A stretch of 63,237 nt of DNA, counting the filler, from Lenisia limosa (taxonomy: Eukaryota; Protista; Breviatea): the NCBI GenBank assembly GCA_001655205.1. It is 14 parts of 14 records of this genome, joined end to end, with 100 filler letters (N's around TTAATTAATTAA, not from the genome) between each part and the next. Parts side by side here need not be neighbours in the genome. Positions count along the whole stretch, not along the records: positions 34,955 to 36,226 come from LPNZ01001546.1; positions 36,327 to 37,523 come from LPNZ01005624.1; positions 37,624 to 57,311 come from LPNZ01011052.1; 11 more parts are not named here. One strand, written 5' to 3'. This document shows positions 36,019 to 51,793 of the stretch, piece by piece. The notes below the pieces were generated by a model that saw only the letters and a list, made by a program, of their open reading frames with translations, was not told the origin of the DNA and ran no database searches. The position numbers and the translations under genes are program-made. Numbering within the stretch: position 1 is the first letter of the stretch; each line of letters starts with the position of its first letter.

Positions 36019-36226
36019 CTGGGGGGGGGTAAAATGAAGGAAATTTATGAAACAAAAAAAACCCAAATCAACTCGTAAAACGAAGGAAATTTCGATGAAG
36101 ACAATGGTGTAAAGGTACCGATCAGGAACCGAAGTAAAATTGGAAAAATTATGAAACAAAAAAAGCCCAAAATCAACTATGTTGGTTGACAACACACAAG
36201 GGTTGATAACAATAAAACAAACAAAG
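36019..36226 (-). repeat. Family D, one near-full plus one partial copy; the second supplies the acceptor
   Basis: Minus strand: TTGTTATCAACCCTTGTGTGTTGTCAACCAACATAGTTGATTTTGGGC...TTCATAATTTTTCCAATTTTAC, then GAGTTGATTTGGGTTTTTTTTGTTTCATAAATTTCCTTCATTTTACCCCCCCCCAG. Confidence 0.85.
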
Positions 36227-36446
36227 NNNNNNNNNNNNNNNNNNNNNNNNNNNNNNNNNNNNNNNNNNNNTTAATTAATTAANNNNNNNNNNNNNNNNNN
36301 NNNNNNNNNNNNNNNNNNNNNNNNNNATAGGTCAAACAATGGATATGTATTTCTTAAAAAACAATACAGCCTTGCCTTAATGAGAGATACTAACACCATG
36401 CACGCACGTACTATCCCACCCTTGCAAATATTATTCATACAATTAG

Positions 36447-37434
36447 CGCCAAAACCGGACACGCCCGTGCCTCGCTGCTTCTCTTACAGGAAGAAGCAGA
36501 CCCCAATGTGGCCAATAACGACCTTGCCACTCCCCTCCTCCAGGTAGGAGGGCCTCTTTTCATAAAACTCGATCTTTGATATTCCTATTTGCCATCACGA
36601 TTATTAGCGAAACACGACCTCTCCCATCTTACACCCCTCCCCAGGCCTGTCGTGAAGGCCATGAGAAGATTGCCAAGCTCTTTGCTGACAACAAAGCGGA
36701 CCCAAATCTCCACGTGGGTATGGGATGACTGTGGGATAATTGCTTGTGATTCCCTCCAGAGCAATAATCCAACTCTTTTTGGAGCACACGTTTGCGTTAG
36801 GCATGAATATTCAAAAGTGACATCATTTCCCCTTACCCCCTTAGGATAGCACCAAGGAGACCCCCATGCACGTTGTCTGCCGCACCAACTTGGCAACTCT
36901 CGCCCTCCATCTTGTTGAGAAGTGCAAAGGTTGACTGGTTCAAACGTATTCAATTGTTTTTCTGAAATTTGAGTTCAATTATAGTTTAATCCAAGATCAA
37001 CAGCACTTTGTTTGGATAAGTCAGTATTTTTGTTTTTGTGTGAAATCATAGATTTCCCCATTATTTTGAGACGAAATGGCACCGCACTTTTTCTTGCCTG
37101 TTGTCACACAACTTGGTGACCTTGTGGCACAATCTTTAATTATGCACCCACACGTCTCATCCTATAGGTGACATCTACGCTCTCAATAGCTCCGGTGAGA
37201 CCCCTCTCTGCCTTGCCCCCGAGTCCCTCCGCCCGAAACTCCAGGGTACGCTCAGCTCATCTACCCCCTCTCCCCTCTCCCCTTGTTTAGTTTTTCTTAT
37301 CATACTGCAAAACTGACATTGCCATGTTTATTACCCTTTTAACCTACTATCACATCAAATCTCATAATGTAGAACTTTACGCCAACGCCGGCCTTCCCGC
37401 TGGAGGAACTGGACTGGTTATGCCAGCCATCAAG
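36447..37434 (+). CDS. Ankyrin-repeat protein (partial)
   Basis: Exons give AKTGHARASLLLLQEEADPNVANNDLATPLLQACREGHEKIAKLFADNKADPNLHDSTKETPMHVVCRTNLATLALHLVEK...DIYALNSSGETPL, i.e. consecutive TPLH..A...GH...V..LL...ADPN ankyrin repeats. Confidence 0.85.
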
Positions 37435-37650
37435 GTACTTTCTTCATTGTACTGGCTCTTTGTTTGCTTGTCTCTCTTTTTTTTTTGACTTGTCAGCAAT
37501 GTGGTGGTCATATTATTACTCTTNNNNNNNNNNNNNNNNNNNNNNNNNNNNNNNNNNNNNNNNNNNNTTAATTAATTAANNNNNNNNNNNNNNNNNNNNN
37601 NNNNNNNNNNNNNNNNNNNNNNNGGAAAACACATTAACACCAACACCAAC

Positions 37651-39625
<1,975 letters not shown>

Positions 39626-40015
39626 TTTGTGTCAATTATCTGTTAATACAGTAAATATTAGCAAAGATAACCGGCCTTAAGGGCTTGGTGAAAAAAAAAA
39701 TTCGTTGAAAAGGAAAGTGGCTCGATAGCGGCTCCGCTTAAAGGCTTTGCTGTTTGCCCATTTTCAGCAGCTTGCACCTTCAGCGCCAGGTGCTGGGCAA
39801 TTTTGTGGCAATTGGATAATTGGTTTATTGTTTTGTGAACCAGTTGAATGGAAACACCAAGGCAACCAAAGTTTAACATGATATATTATGAGGATTATGA
39901 AAGGAGACCGCCAAACTACGAAGCACATACATACATTATACACAGAATAATAATAATTATTATTTAACGCAAATTTAACGGGAAGAAGAAGATAGAATAA
40001 AGACAATATGAAATT

Positions 40016-43000
40016 CTACTGTCTCTCAAGGGCAACTAATGCAGTGTAGCTGCCAGAGACGTCCACAATTGGTTTGGCGGTTTGCATGACTTCATGGACC
40101 ACCTTCAGGGTTAGTGTCTGGGTTTCTTAAAAATCTTTTCGTTATACCTTGCAATCCCATCCCAGTACAATCCAGCAAATATTATGATACCCATCCCAAT
40201 GTGCACACCCCTGGTGATGCTGAGCTTCTGCAGACGGGTGCTCCGTAAATAGACGTTCCGAAAACCTTGGTAGCAGAACATTCTGGAGTGTCAAATCGTC
40301 AGATCGTATTGGGAGGTCATTACTATCCTCTGTAATCCTATTCTGACTCTCAATGTTAAGTTAATGTAGACACCCCCCATACCTCCGAAGAAGAAAAATA
40401 CTCGATGAATACCACCCTTGATTTTGGTCACCTTCTTCCCTGACATGGATTAGGTAAAGGTGAGGCGGGTGCCCAGTTCATCTAACCCCTAAAAAAATAA
40501 TGTATTCATGATAAGATGACCATGTAATATGTATGTCGGTACGTACATATCATAGTGTACGTATCTGAAAGTAGTCTGTAAGACATCTATCAAAGCGAAC
40601 CAACCTTCATCACACCCTGCATTGACTTCAGCGCTGATATCAATCTAATCCATGAGATTTGGAAGATAATATTTAACCTAAAAAAAAATACTGAGATAAA
40701 AAACTAATATAACCTTGAAATATGAGATATTACGTTTGAAGGATTCTACTACATTGGATGAAAAAGAAGAGAAAGGGATTGAATTTGTGATATATGACGT
40801 CTGCCTTACTTACAGGGACATTGCTTCCACTGCTGTGTCCAGGAATGACATTTTCAGAAGAACACATCATAATGTTTCCATTTTCTAAACCGTTATTTCT
40901 TCATGAAAAGGAAGTAGTCATGAACCATACTCATGATAAAGATGGCCAAACCATCATACTCATGATAAAGGCACACATGTTACTCGTGTTGCAATCGAAG
41001 TCTGCAACATTACCTTGTAACGAGGAATGGCTCTGAATTGTCAGTCTCTTAAATTTGTGTGGAGAAGTGAGAGAAAACAACCACTGCTTCTATGGTTGGT
41101 TGCACTTTATCATATATCATATGTATATATATCATATCGATATGCATGAACGGCTAAACCCTATAAAACCCTATAAATCCCGATATTTTTATAAATTTTT
41201 TGAATAATTTCCCTCAAAAAACTTGGACATCAATAAAAACCAATAGAAATACGAAATAATGACCAAATGTAAAATTTCACACAAATTGCAGAAAAATTGG
41301 CACTCCGAGCCGGGCACCCGGGGTCATTTTCTGAAATAATCAGTTCAAAAATCTTGCTCTTTTTGTTANNNNNNNNNNNNNNNNNNNNNNNNNNNNNNNN
41401 NNNNNNNNNNNNNNNNNNNNNNNNNNNNNNNNNNNNNNNNNNNNNNNNNNNNNNNNNNNNNNNNNNNNNNNNNNNNAACTTATAATGACGTTAGAAACAG
41501 AAAGTCAGACCCCCAAAACCCTAAAATGGCGTTAGTAGGCTCCAGATATGAAGCTTGACATTTTGACTAAAATTACCAAAAATCTCGAATTTTCCTTTGT
41601 TGGTAATTTCAGTCAAAATGTAAGGCTTCATATCTGGAGCCTACTAATACCATTTTAAAATCTGATTCGACCATTTTTAGGGTTTTGGGGGTCTGACTTT
41701 CTGTTTCTAACGTCATTATAAGTTTTAAAGGGCTGTCAAAGAGAAAAGGCTGTTTTTTAGACTTTCAAAGCCCTATTTTCCTAATTAGGCAAGTAAGGAA
41801 CTTTCTGGAACTTCGGGGTCCGAATTACAAAAATATCGCAAAGGTTACGAAACTTCCACATTCCAAATTTAAGAACATCCCAAAATAACAAAAAGAGCAA
41901 GATTTTTGAACTGATTATTTCAGAAAATGACCCCAGGTGCCCGGCTCGTAGTGCCAATTTTTCTGCAATTTGTGTGAAATTTTACATTTGGTCATTATTT
42001 CGTATTTCTATTGGAAGATGTCCAAGTTTTTTGAGGGAAATTATTCAAAAAGTTAATAAAAACATCGGGATTTATAGGGTTTTATAGGGTTTAGCCGTTC
42101 ATTCATATATATGATCTAGTATATCATGATATGATATGGGGAAATTTTTCAAACATTGGTCGGATTCTAAATCACTTCTCCCCATATCGATGGTCGGATT
42201 TTAAATCACTTCTCCCCATATCAATGATCACACTAAGTCCAACCGGAACAAGCGTGGCTGATGTGGTCGATAAACACGCATCCTGGTAGAAGCCTGAAAG
42301 AGTAAACTCCATTACTCTATGTCAACAGCCACCCAACAAACCAGTTCCCATTGACCTCGCGAAAATGTTGCCGTTTTCTGTAAAGGAAAAAATTATCCAC
42401 AATAACATCCAGTCCCAAAAAAGAAGACAGGGCTTCACAATGAATATTTGAAAAAGCGATATCCTACTAATAAGTTACAAAGCACAATCGGATTCCTCTA
42501 ATATCATACGTTACTGAGTTTTTTTTTTTGTATCTACCAACCTGTCAATACTACGACCTTCCTATCAAAGAAGTACTTTGAGGCTGGGCTGGACTACAAT
42601 ACATGAGCATCGAAGCAATGGGATAACTATCTAATCCTCAGTGACCTCAAACTTACCATATCCAACAGATTGACATCGATAGCAACAGGCCCGACTGCGG
42701 ATTCCGCACTATTCACGAGGGCTTTGTCTCCGTTAGAGCCTCCTCCATAGAAGGTCCCGTCTTCTGCAAAAACAATATAAGAATTTCTCTAGAAGAATAA
42801 CGTTTTTACTGGTCTTTTTGGACCAAATGGAATATAGAATATCAGGAGCATCACCACCTACCAAGCTCAATAACAGTTGTGTAATAGCCGGTATATATTT
42901 CTTTTCCGAGGGATGATAGACTGACCTATTGAACATTAGCATCATCAGAAATAAAATAAAAAATCTGGGAAGAGTAGCTGTCGAAGTTGAACCCACTTTT

Positions 43001-44600
43001 ATAAAAAAACTACCGCCCAAACCTCAGCCGCGGTTCCGTCTTTCGTGGCACCAGTGTTCCTCATTAACTGTCTGTACGAGTTGTAGCCCCAGGTAAACAC
43101 TCTACCTGTCTCTGAAGCGATTATCACCACCTCATAGAATTGAAGAAAGATAATTTATAACTATGACATATAATAATAATAGTGCACAATCAGACCCACC
43201 CATGCCTGCATAATAGCCCTCAACAGTATAGGTCAACAGAGAGCAAAATGAAGAAACCCTACCAAGAAGAACAACGGAATGGTATGCTCCACTTCGCATC
43301 TGCTGTATAATTTCGCCCATTGTGCCGAAGTCGATAACCAGGTGCGGCGTTGTGATGGGGTCGGTTGGTGAGGTGGTAATCTAATTCGTGAAACCGAAGA
43401 GATTAGTGGAACTGCACACAGTTCGAAGGTGAAAGGGTGGTTGTCATTTCTGTTTTCCCAACAAATTGGCCGAATTTAGAATTTATGAAGAAATCATGAA
43501 TACCCGCGAACCTCATAGTTCGAGTTTTGTCCAACACATTTGATTTTGTAATCTGGAAAGATAATCTCAAGAACTGGCAAAAGCTTATGTCTGCTAAAAG
43601 TCTCCCATACCATTACTTAAAATAGTAGGCAACATCTTCTTTTGAGAGCAAGACATCTATTGATACAGTACAAACCAAATATGTCATACTATTCCCCCAT
43701 CTTGTGGCAAAGCAGGTCACAATGCAAAGACACTAATCCATGAGTACGAGCCAAGCCGCAAAAATACCACACATTACCACCCTTGTATTCCGTTCTAGTT
43801 CCTGCTTTAAAGTCCCAATTCTCACCTACACTGGCAACACACATGCTATACACCAGGCTTGTTGCAAATGTCACTTGATTGAACCTGGATGGTATGGTGT
43901 GGTAATTATTGGGGCAATAGTCAGTGAGCATCGACGATTTGGAAATACATGTAACATGTTAAGTGTCTACATTATTCTACTTTGATATGATATTATACCA
44001 GTAGAAAAAGTATAATATATGATATACTATATGTATCATAATACACCAAATCACATATGATATTGATATATTAAGGGATCTAGTGGGGTTTATAACTCAC
44101 AGCTTTTCAACATTTCAATATTCCCCCCTTTTTTCAGACAGCAAAGAACCCTCACCATCCGTCAGCCACATCAAGTTGGTATGTGCTTGGGTAAAAAAGA
44201 TGCGTGTTGGTCCCCTGAAAGCGTGAGAAAGTTGAATTATAAACACCTGAAAGGACCGACCGCTCTTTTTAACTTTACTCACCTGTCCCAGCTGGTACCT
44301 AGCACCATTGCCACATACACGAACGTTGGAGACTGAAGTGTTAGAATGATGGAATGTTGATCTCTGGCCTGCTTTAAATTGATACTCAAAATTGATCCAA
44401 TATTGACAATCCTTCCAAGGTCTTCCAAAGGGTCGCGGGTCATAGAATTGTGATATTCAAAACTGATGTTCAACGCTCGCAATTCATCAGAAACCCAATA
44501 TTTGTTATGAGCGGTTCCCTGAGTCTCACCTGAAAGACAGCGTCCACTGAAGTCCTTTGTCTCCATGCAGGTCTGACAGGTTAAATAGTATATCATATAT
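40016..44600 (-). CDS. Multi-exon protein with RCC1-like beta-propeller repeats
   Basis: Exons TPHLVIDF...IQQMRSGAYHSVVLL, VVIIASETGRVFTWGYNSYRQL, EDGTFYGGGSN, ENGNIFA match RCC1 repeat features (AG..HS..L...G.V..WG.N..GQL). Last exon LKVVHEVMQTAKPIVDVSGSYTALVALERQ-TAG. The extent is inferred and may be more than one gene. Confidence 0.5.
41146..42102. mobile_element. Foldback-type long palindromic element
   Basis: 41146-41368 is the near-perfect reverse complement of ~41887-42102; 41477-~41580 is the reverse complement of ~41600-41724, apart from a small indel. Confidence 0.85.
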
Positions 44601-44849
44601 CATATATCATACTATTATTATCATATAATATTCATGAAATGTAAAGGGGATAAATTTTCAAGGTATTGAGAGCTGATCTCAGTATACATTCGTGGAAATG
44701 AGAAAAAAAAGTTGTTAAACGGAAATGGTTGAAATGCTATATTTCTTTTCATCACTGAGAACAGGTTTGTCATGCTGTTTCTAAGAAAGGCTGTTCCTAA
44801 AGCTGGGCCGTAATTGCCAAATAATTGCAGATTATTTTGACTTCAAATA

Positions 44850-47800
44850 AATAAAATGGAAAATCAATTTCCCACCAACAGAGTAATATTTACACAAATG
44901 TATCCCTGAAAAGCTTACAAAATAGGAGGTCACTGAGTCTCCATCACATGTTTCAGCACAAACAGTCCCATAATCATAAGTACCTGTACAGTGAAGAAAG
45001 AACAAAAAATAGTACTTTGCCACCCCCACCCCCAACTTTCAGTGCAGTTAGTTGTTGAAGAGCCAAGAAAGCTTGTTGGACATTGGACTAAACATGAGAG
45101 GTGGAGAGAATAAAAGGTTGCATCTGGTCAACCGCCCAGCCCATCCTGCATTATAATTGCTGATGAAGTTGTAAATACTATCTTGTTAAAAAAACCCCAC
45201 TCCAGCCATCGGAAAAAGAAAAAAGATACTGAGTAGGATGACCGCACGGAGTTCAGAGCACACCTGGGAGACACAGAGGGGCTTCGGCCCAACCCGACTC
45301 GAATGAACAGGCCACGGCTGACTTAGATGTAAAGGATGGCTCGTAGCCCACTGGACAAGAACCCTGGGAGGGGGGGGGGNNNNNNNNNNNNNNNNNNNNN
45401 NNNNNNNNNNNNNNNNNNNNNNNNNNNNNNNNNNNNNNNNNNNNNNNNNNNNNNNNNNNNNNNNNNNNNNNNNNNNNNNNNNNNNNNNNNNNNNNNNNNN
45501 NNNNNNNNNNNNNNNNNNNNNNNNNNNNNNNNNNNNNNNNNNNNNNNNNNNNNNNNNNNNNNNNNNNNNNNNNNNNNNNNNNNNGACATTGGAAAGCGAT
45601 AAAGTCAGACCCTCCGGAACATCAGGACCCAACATACAGCGCACCACTTAAGGATGTTATTGAAAACCAGTTCGCACTCTGATGAAATCATTTCTTGATA
45701 TATTAACAAGTCCGAATTCCCCCGAACTCCCGAAAGATGCAGCATGATTGGCTTGTGTGGGGGTGTCCAGCTCAAACTGTACGAGGCCTTTGGTCGTCAC
45801 CCTATATCGTTCACTCATACCCTCATTTATAAACGTTGATTACCCATTTAAACATTCATACACCGGATATGTTAAATGAGAAATCAAAAAGGTGGTATCA
45901 GAAGCAGTTCATAATTTAAAGATATCATCATTATCTTAACAAGGAGAAGGACCTGCTCAAGAATCCATGAGGAATACGAAAGGAGAACTAATAAAAGCTA
46001 TAGCTTGCTATTCCTGGCCTATTGTATCGTCATCCGAATCCATCCTGCAATGAACATCAAGATAATTTCAACGCACAACATATTGTGAGATGATTGCTTG
46101 AGGTCAGTGCAAAGATTAAGCATCTACACGATGAATAACATACGTGACTGGTTTTGCCTGCGAGAGAGCCAAGCAGACACCACATATCCACCAAAAAATG
46201 GCGGAGTACATTGCAAAAGGACTGGTTGCCTCCGGTCTCACTAAATTGAATCATCAGAAATGAGTTTGGTATCAGGACAAAGAGAGACGATGATGATATA
46301 GTGAAGCTTTGGATAAAACGATAGAATAACCAGTATGAATGCATGAATGCATACATGCTTTCTAAGATTGCAAGAAAAATGCGGAGGAGCGGAAAGATTA
46401 GAAGAGAGGGATGAGGGGGGGGGGGNNNNNNNNNNNNNNNNNNNNNNNNNNNNNNNNNNNNNNNNNNNNNNNNNNNNNNNNNNNNNNNNNNNNNNNNNNN
46501 NNNNNNNNNNNNNNNNNNNNNNNNNNNNNNNNNNNNNNNNNNNNNNNNNNNNNNNNNNNNNNNNNNNNNNNNNNNNNNNNNNNNNNNNNNNNNNNNNNNN
46601 NNNNNNNNNNNNNNNNNNNNNNNNNNNNNNNNNNNNNNNNNNNNNNNNNNNNNNNNCCCCTAACCCCAACCCTTTGGAAAAATTGTTAGAGTTGTCTGCT
46701 CTTGGGCTCATCCAGGGTTCATCCAGGGTTCATGCAATGCTGCCATGCTTTTCACTTACGCTTCCGCTCAGAAGGGGGGTGGGGCATGGATTAGGAATAC
46801 AGATGATAATAAATAAACTAGAGCATAAATAAATCCACATCCGGTATTTCAAAACTGTAACAAACATGAAGACTTAACGAAAGTTCACCCTAACGTCCAA
46901 GGAAATTGACACTCCAGCGTGACAGTTCAGGTAGTGCTGCTTTCGCCATCATAATACTTGTAAATGTTCAAGAATACCATGTCCAAATGCGTGATAGCAT
47001 GGTCACTGATCAGGGAAGGCTGAAGTGAAATGGGTGTCAATACCTGGGTGATTAACGCAGTTCACTGTGACGTAGGAAGGAAAATGGGGATGACATCATA
47101 TGCATATGATATACTATTACTACTATCTGCCTATTCTCCATTTACACCGTCCAGAATAGTGTTGATATCTAGGCACTTCCCATACCGTAGAAGAAACTTC
47201 TGAGACGGTCCATTTGAGTCTAGATCGCACCTGAGAGTCATGTAAAGTTGGTAATGAATCAATAGCCACATCGTGGGTTCACTCTTTTAAAAAACTAAAC
47301 AAACCCAATACATCCCAATCAAGTACCATGTGTTCAGGCTAGAATGAAGTTTAAGGATACTAGATACTCACATCGGTTTGACTTGAGAGGACAGGGGGAA
47401 GGTCTTCCGAAAGAAGGCTTTCTTCCTTCAAAAGCCGTAGTTCAGGGTTCCGTGGTACAACATGGTATAGTCTGGGTTGAAGTGACTACAATAACGAAAG
47501 TACTGAACCATTATTGATTTCAACCAACAAAAAAAACATAATATTTGGTTACACCTGATGTTTTTCCCATCATACCCAAAAACAATTAATCCTCATCAAC
47601 CCCCCCCCCTCTTTTACCCTCACACCTGCCTGGAATAGAAGACCTTGCTGGAAGCTCTGGATGGTAGTGGCGATGGATAATTTGCGAAAGGGAAGGTCGT
47701 TCAACAGCTGACACGTCTTGGCTTGGAATGGCGGCTAATTCGCTAGTCTGTGGAAGATTAGAAAACGAAGCAAAACCAAAAAAATATATAATAGTATCAC

Positions 47801-48010
47801 TATGACATCAAAAAGCTTTCTAGTGTTTTCTATGATCATTCGACTACTATGACATTTGGATACCATTTGTTCAGGTTCGGGCTCGATAATGTCCGTTTTC
47901 AAAGGGTCTTCATAAGATTCACATTCGCTGATATCTCCCAAATCGCAGTAAGCATTGCGCTCGGGGTAACTAAATGGCGAGTAAATAGTAGAAGGTACGC
48001 GATTAAAGCA
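44850..48010 (-). CDS. Hypothetical multi-exon protein, possibly secreted/surface
   Basis: Exon-like blocks VPSTIYSPFSYPERNAYCDLGDISECESYEDPLKTD, SLQPRLYHVVPRNPELRLLKEESLLSEDLPPVLSSQTD, GTYDYGTVCAETCDGDSVTSYFVSFSG. May continue into the RCC1-like gene. Confidence 0.3.
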
Positions 48011-48135
48011 AATGGACAAACAATTCACATATAATTGATACATAGTATATGATATATTATATCATATGTATATGTAGACCCCCTTCCATTCGCTGAGATC
48101 AAGTATCACACTATTCTTCAATATTTCGATTTTGG

Positions 48136-51100
48136 TCATAAATCCAAAACCCTTCCTTCAGCTAACTCTTCTGGTTTCTCTTCTGTAATTTGGTCTTCGA
48201 TATTTTCAGCCTGAACTTCTTCTGGGGTGTTAGAAAACAGGGGCAATAAAACGCATGTCCACGGGAGGACAAATAATGGAAGAAAACAGTATCTCACCCC
48301 CATATATGCTGTAGCCCCATCAGATACAGATCTCTGCAAACCCCCTTAGTCTCTATTCCCCAATAAAGTGTTATTGAAGTGAAGGAGTATGCTAAAGCAA
48401 TGCAAACCGTTGTAGTGAACCTTCAGCAGAGGCGCCTCTTGCAGTCTCTCAACACAATTGTCAAACTGCGGCGGCGTAAGGTTCAGTCCTTCCGGGGCAT
48501 GTACATCACCATGCAATGACGTCATGAGAAGCTTCACCCCGTCCCGGCCTTCCTCGGAGAACCTAAAAACCATCAACAGCTAATTAAGTGGTAAATGAGA
48601 TAAGTGTGTATGTATTCGTGAAAATGGCCATGTGATATTGAAACTAATAACAATGGCCATGTGATATGAAACAAATAAAAATGGCCATGTGATAAGAAAC
48701 TAATAAAAATGGCCATGAGATATGAAACTAAGAAAAAGACAAAGTCGAAATAGTATTAATAGGAACAATTTAGGACGTGATGGCAGACAACCGCCAACTT
48801 CATCCTGATGATGTCTTCCATGGACTGCATTTCCACCTCCTCGACTTCCACTTCCGGTTCCACAGCCGTTTTCTTCCAAGGCTGCAGGCTGCCCCCGATC
48901 CACGACTGAAGGGTGAGATGGACGCTCGTTTTATGAAATGCTGAATCATTGTTGCTCTCCGTCCTGGCATGATGTTACTTCAAATAAGGTTAACACAAGA
49001 GCCATTTCAACGTGGCAGCTGTCATACCATCCCAGCCGAGGCAGCCTGACCAATTGAAGAGCCCCATTCCGCCGTCGCAATCGGAACTGAAATGTTAACT
49101 TCGATTCATTTTGGTCACAGGGGAAAAAATTCCTTGCTTCATACCCGACGCAAGATGCTGAAGAAATGCTATAGACGACAAAGACGTCTTTGCTCGAGTG
49201 CCCCAGTCAAATGCTTCCAACTCCTATAGCGGGGTAAATGATTAGCGAATTATTGATAAGATTTCCTTTAAAAGTGTGACAAGGCAATGGCTTCGACGAA
49301 ATACAATCGTTTGCTGTTTTATGCAATCCTTGCTCAAAGTGCCTGGTGAATGAAAATATGGTAAACGTAGCATCTGCTCTGCCCCCCAACTCTTCGAAGA
49401 ATCTCAACGGACCGCGGGGAAAACCTTGGCACAATGTCCTCCCCACAAATAATGGTTTTGATCCATGGGAGGCTCTAAATCGTCAACTAAAGGAGGGCTC
49501 AAGGCGAAAACAGGTCCAAAATGACACACAAATGACCCACTACTTTGGCCAGATTTGGTGACATGCAGCATGGGGTAGAAAACCCAAACACAGTAGCCTC
49601 AGGGTGTTCTGAAACAATAAACAGACCTATTCTACTACAAACAAAACAATACAAAACGTAATCCCAGTCTTCAAGGAATTACAAGGATTGTTCACAATAA
49701 TCTTTTTGAGAGGGGTGGGGGGGTATACAACTTAGGATAAGAGTACTCCCTTTCCTGCTGCCAACCAGTTCTGATTCTAAAGCTGAGAAGAGACGCAACT
49801 GCTCCCCCAAGAGAATGGCCTGTTAGTACAATTTTGTATCCAGGGTACTCCTGATAATGTGAGGACAAGTAGGCAATATTGGCAACAGTGAATCGGAAAA
49901 TAAAAAATTAGATTTTTTGGTACTCTTAAAATCTCCAAAGCTGACCCTTTTGGCTTTCCTGAGTGCAGCCAAGGAATGGATGAAGACAAAGTTGCAAGCC
50001 TCCATGAACCCTTCATGCACGGTCCCATCCTGATACGTCAATTAAACAATGAAATACCTCAGTCAACGTCGAAAATGAGATGATTACTACTAGTAATATA
50101 TGCTATTCCGCAGATCCAATGCTTTGTTCAATTATAACAACATCGTTCTTTCAACATAATCTATCATATTCGACAATATTGGTAGAGTTACGTTGGCTCA
50201 CCATGAAAGTTTCCATTTTAGCAGCAGCATTAGTGAGAACATCCGTAACACTGGCTGTTCCCCGAATGGCAACAACAATTACCTTTTGGAGAGTCAGATA
50301 TAAATTAATACTAATACTTATAATAACTCATAGAGAAACCATAAATACAGCCACCTGCTAATCCTGGTGTTACTCCATTTATCACAAAACTGAACATGGG
50401 ATAAAAAAAAAGCAATATCAATACTGTACAAAGGACCTAGGTGATGCACTTAGAATTCAGTCTGCTGCAAAAGATTCTACCCAATAGCCCATGACGCCCA
50501 CTTTCCTAATCCGTTCTGCTGCGACGAAGAACGCGGGCTTCCCGGGCTGGGACTTCCATGACGACTGAATGATGTCTTCGAGTCGTATGGTCGACCTCTG
50601 TGACATGAATTCTCAAAATATGGCGTAAAACGAACTGTCAAGGAATTTTTGAAAATGTGATTGTAAATAAGCCAAGAACAGCATTGGGTTTAGCGAAAAT
50701 TTATCGAAAATTCATCTTCAGTTCTTTGTGAAGTCAAGCCCTTGTTCCTAACGCCTGCCCCCTCACCAGAGACAAGTCAAGCCCTTGTTCCTAACGCCTG
50801 TCCACTCACCAGAGACAAATCATCATCATTCTGAAGGTAAGCGCATCTAGCCATTGAGAGGAGGAACCGTACCTCCTGGAGGGCATCCTATATGAATTAG
50901 ATAAACTTGCTACTTGTTTTCCTGCGCCCTCATCTCCCACCCACAATATCCATACAGCACGGGCCGGGATCTGCTTGCTCGAAAGCTGCTGCCTGCTTCT
51001 GCTTGAAGTTGGCAAGATAGCTCAATCCTGGTGTTCAGTAAATAAAGTTCAGGTTAATGCATGTTTCCAAATTTAAATATTGGCTCCAAAATATCGATAT

Positions 51101-51411
51101 ATTATTGATCTATATCTACCAAGGAATTCCTTCTTTTTGATAACCAAACGAAGCTTTCTGAGCTAATTAGCACTGAAAAAATAGATTCGCAAGTGTGACT
51201 CTTGTGCTTTATCGGTTCCAAGCCTACCAACAAAAATATCACCAAGAGAAAATTTTCCCACTCCTGAAAAATAAAAAAGGAGTGGCAGATAATCCATGAT
51301 AATAAACTCACCAGCTTCGGATCCCCAGCCGCCGGAGAGGATCTTGGCAAGGTCACCCAGATAGTCATAACTACGCTTGGTTTGGAAGTCCCCTTCCTTG
51401 ATTTGGGACAT
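48136..51411 (-). CDS. Class 3 lipase (diacylglycerol-lipase-like alpha/beta hydrolase)
   Basis: Exons give EDIIQSSWKSQPGKPAFFVA, VIVVAIRGTASVTDVLTN, VHEGFMEACNFV, EYPGYKIVLTGHSLGGAVASLL (nucleophile GHSLG), VFGFSTPCCMSPNLAK, TIICGEDIVPRFS (catalytic Asp). Start MSQIKEG at 51411; C-terminal exons below 49200 are inferred. Confidence 0.85.
48621..48731. repeat. Intronic tandem repeat, ~29 bp x4
   Basis: AAAATGGCCATGTGATATGAAACTAATAA variants. Confidence 0.88.
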
Positions 51412-51793
51412 TCTTGCTTCCGAAAGCGGAAAGCTGAAACCGCTTTTAACCTAACTAGCTATTCACTAGCTATGTCAATAACAGAGTTTAAATTGAACAA
51501 TAGACAGAACGCCAACCACAATGGTAGGGGGGCCGAGTGAAGAGGACGACTTGGACAGGGAGGACTTGGGAAATAGGGTTAAGTTTTTAAGTAATATCAA
51601 GTAATATGTATGCACGCTTGAATGGGGCTGGAGAGGCACTAAAAGACGAAAAAAGGCCAAATAAACAGACTGGCGTTCACGCGAAGTATAATTGCTTTTT
51701 TTTGTAAAACAAAATCGTTGAAACTACGACTTCCTCAGCCGGAAATACGTAGATTTATCCAGGAAACATGTGATTCAAGGAATATCTACCAGA

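Noticed and set aside
42068-42095. Telomeric repeat (TTTATAGGG x2 resembling TTTAGGG)
   Set aside because: Only two units, internal to the scaffold, and mirrored as part of the foldback TIR.
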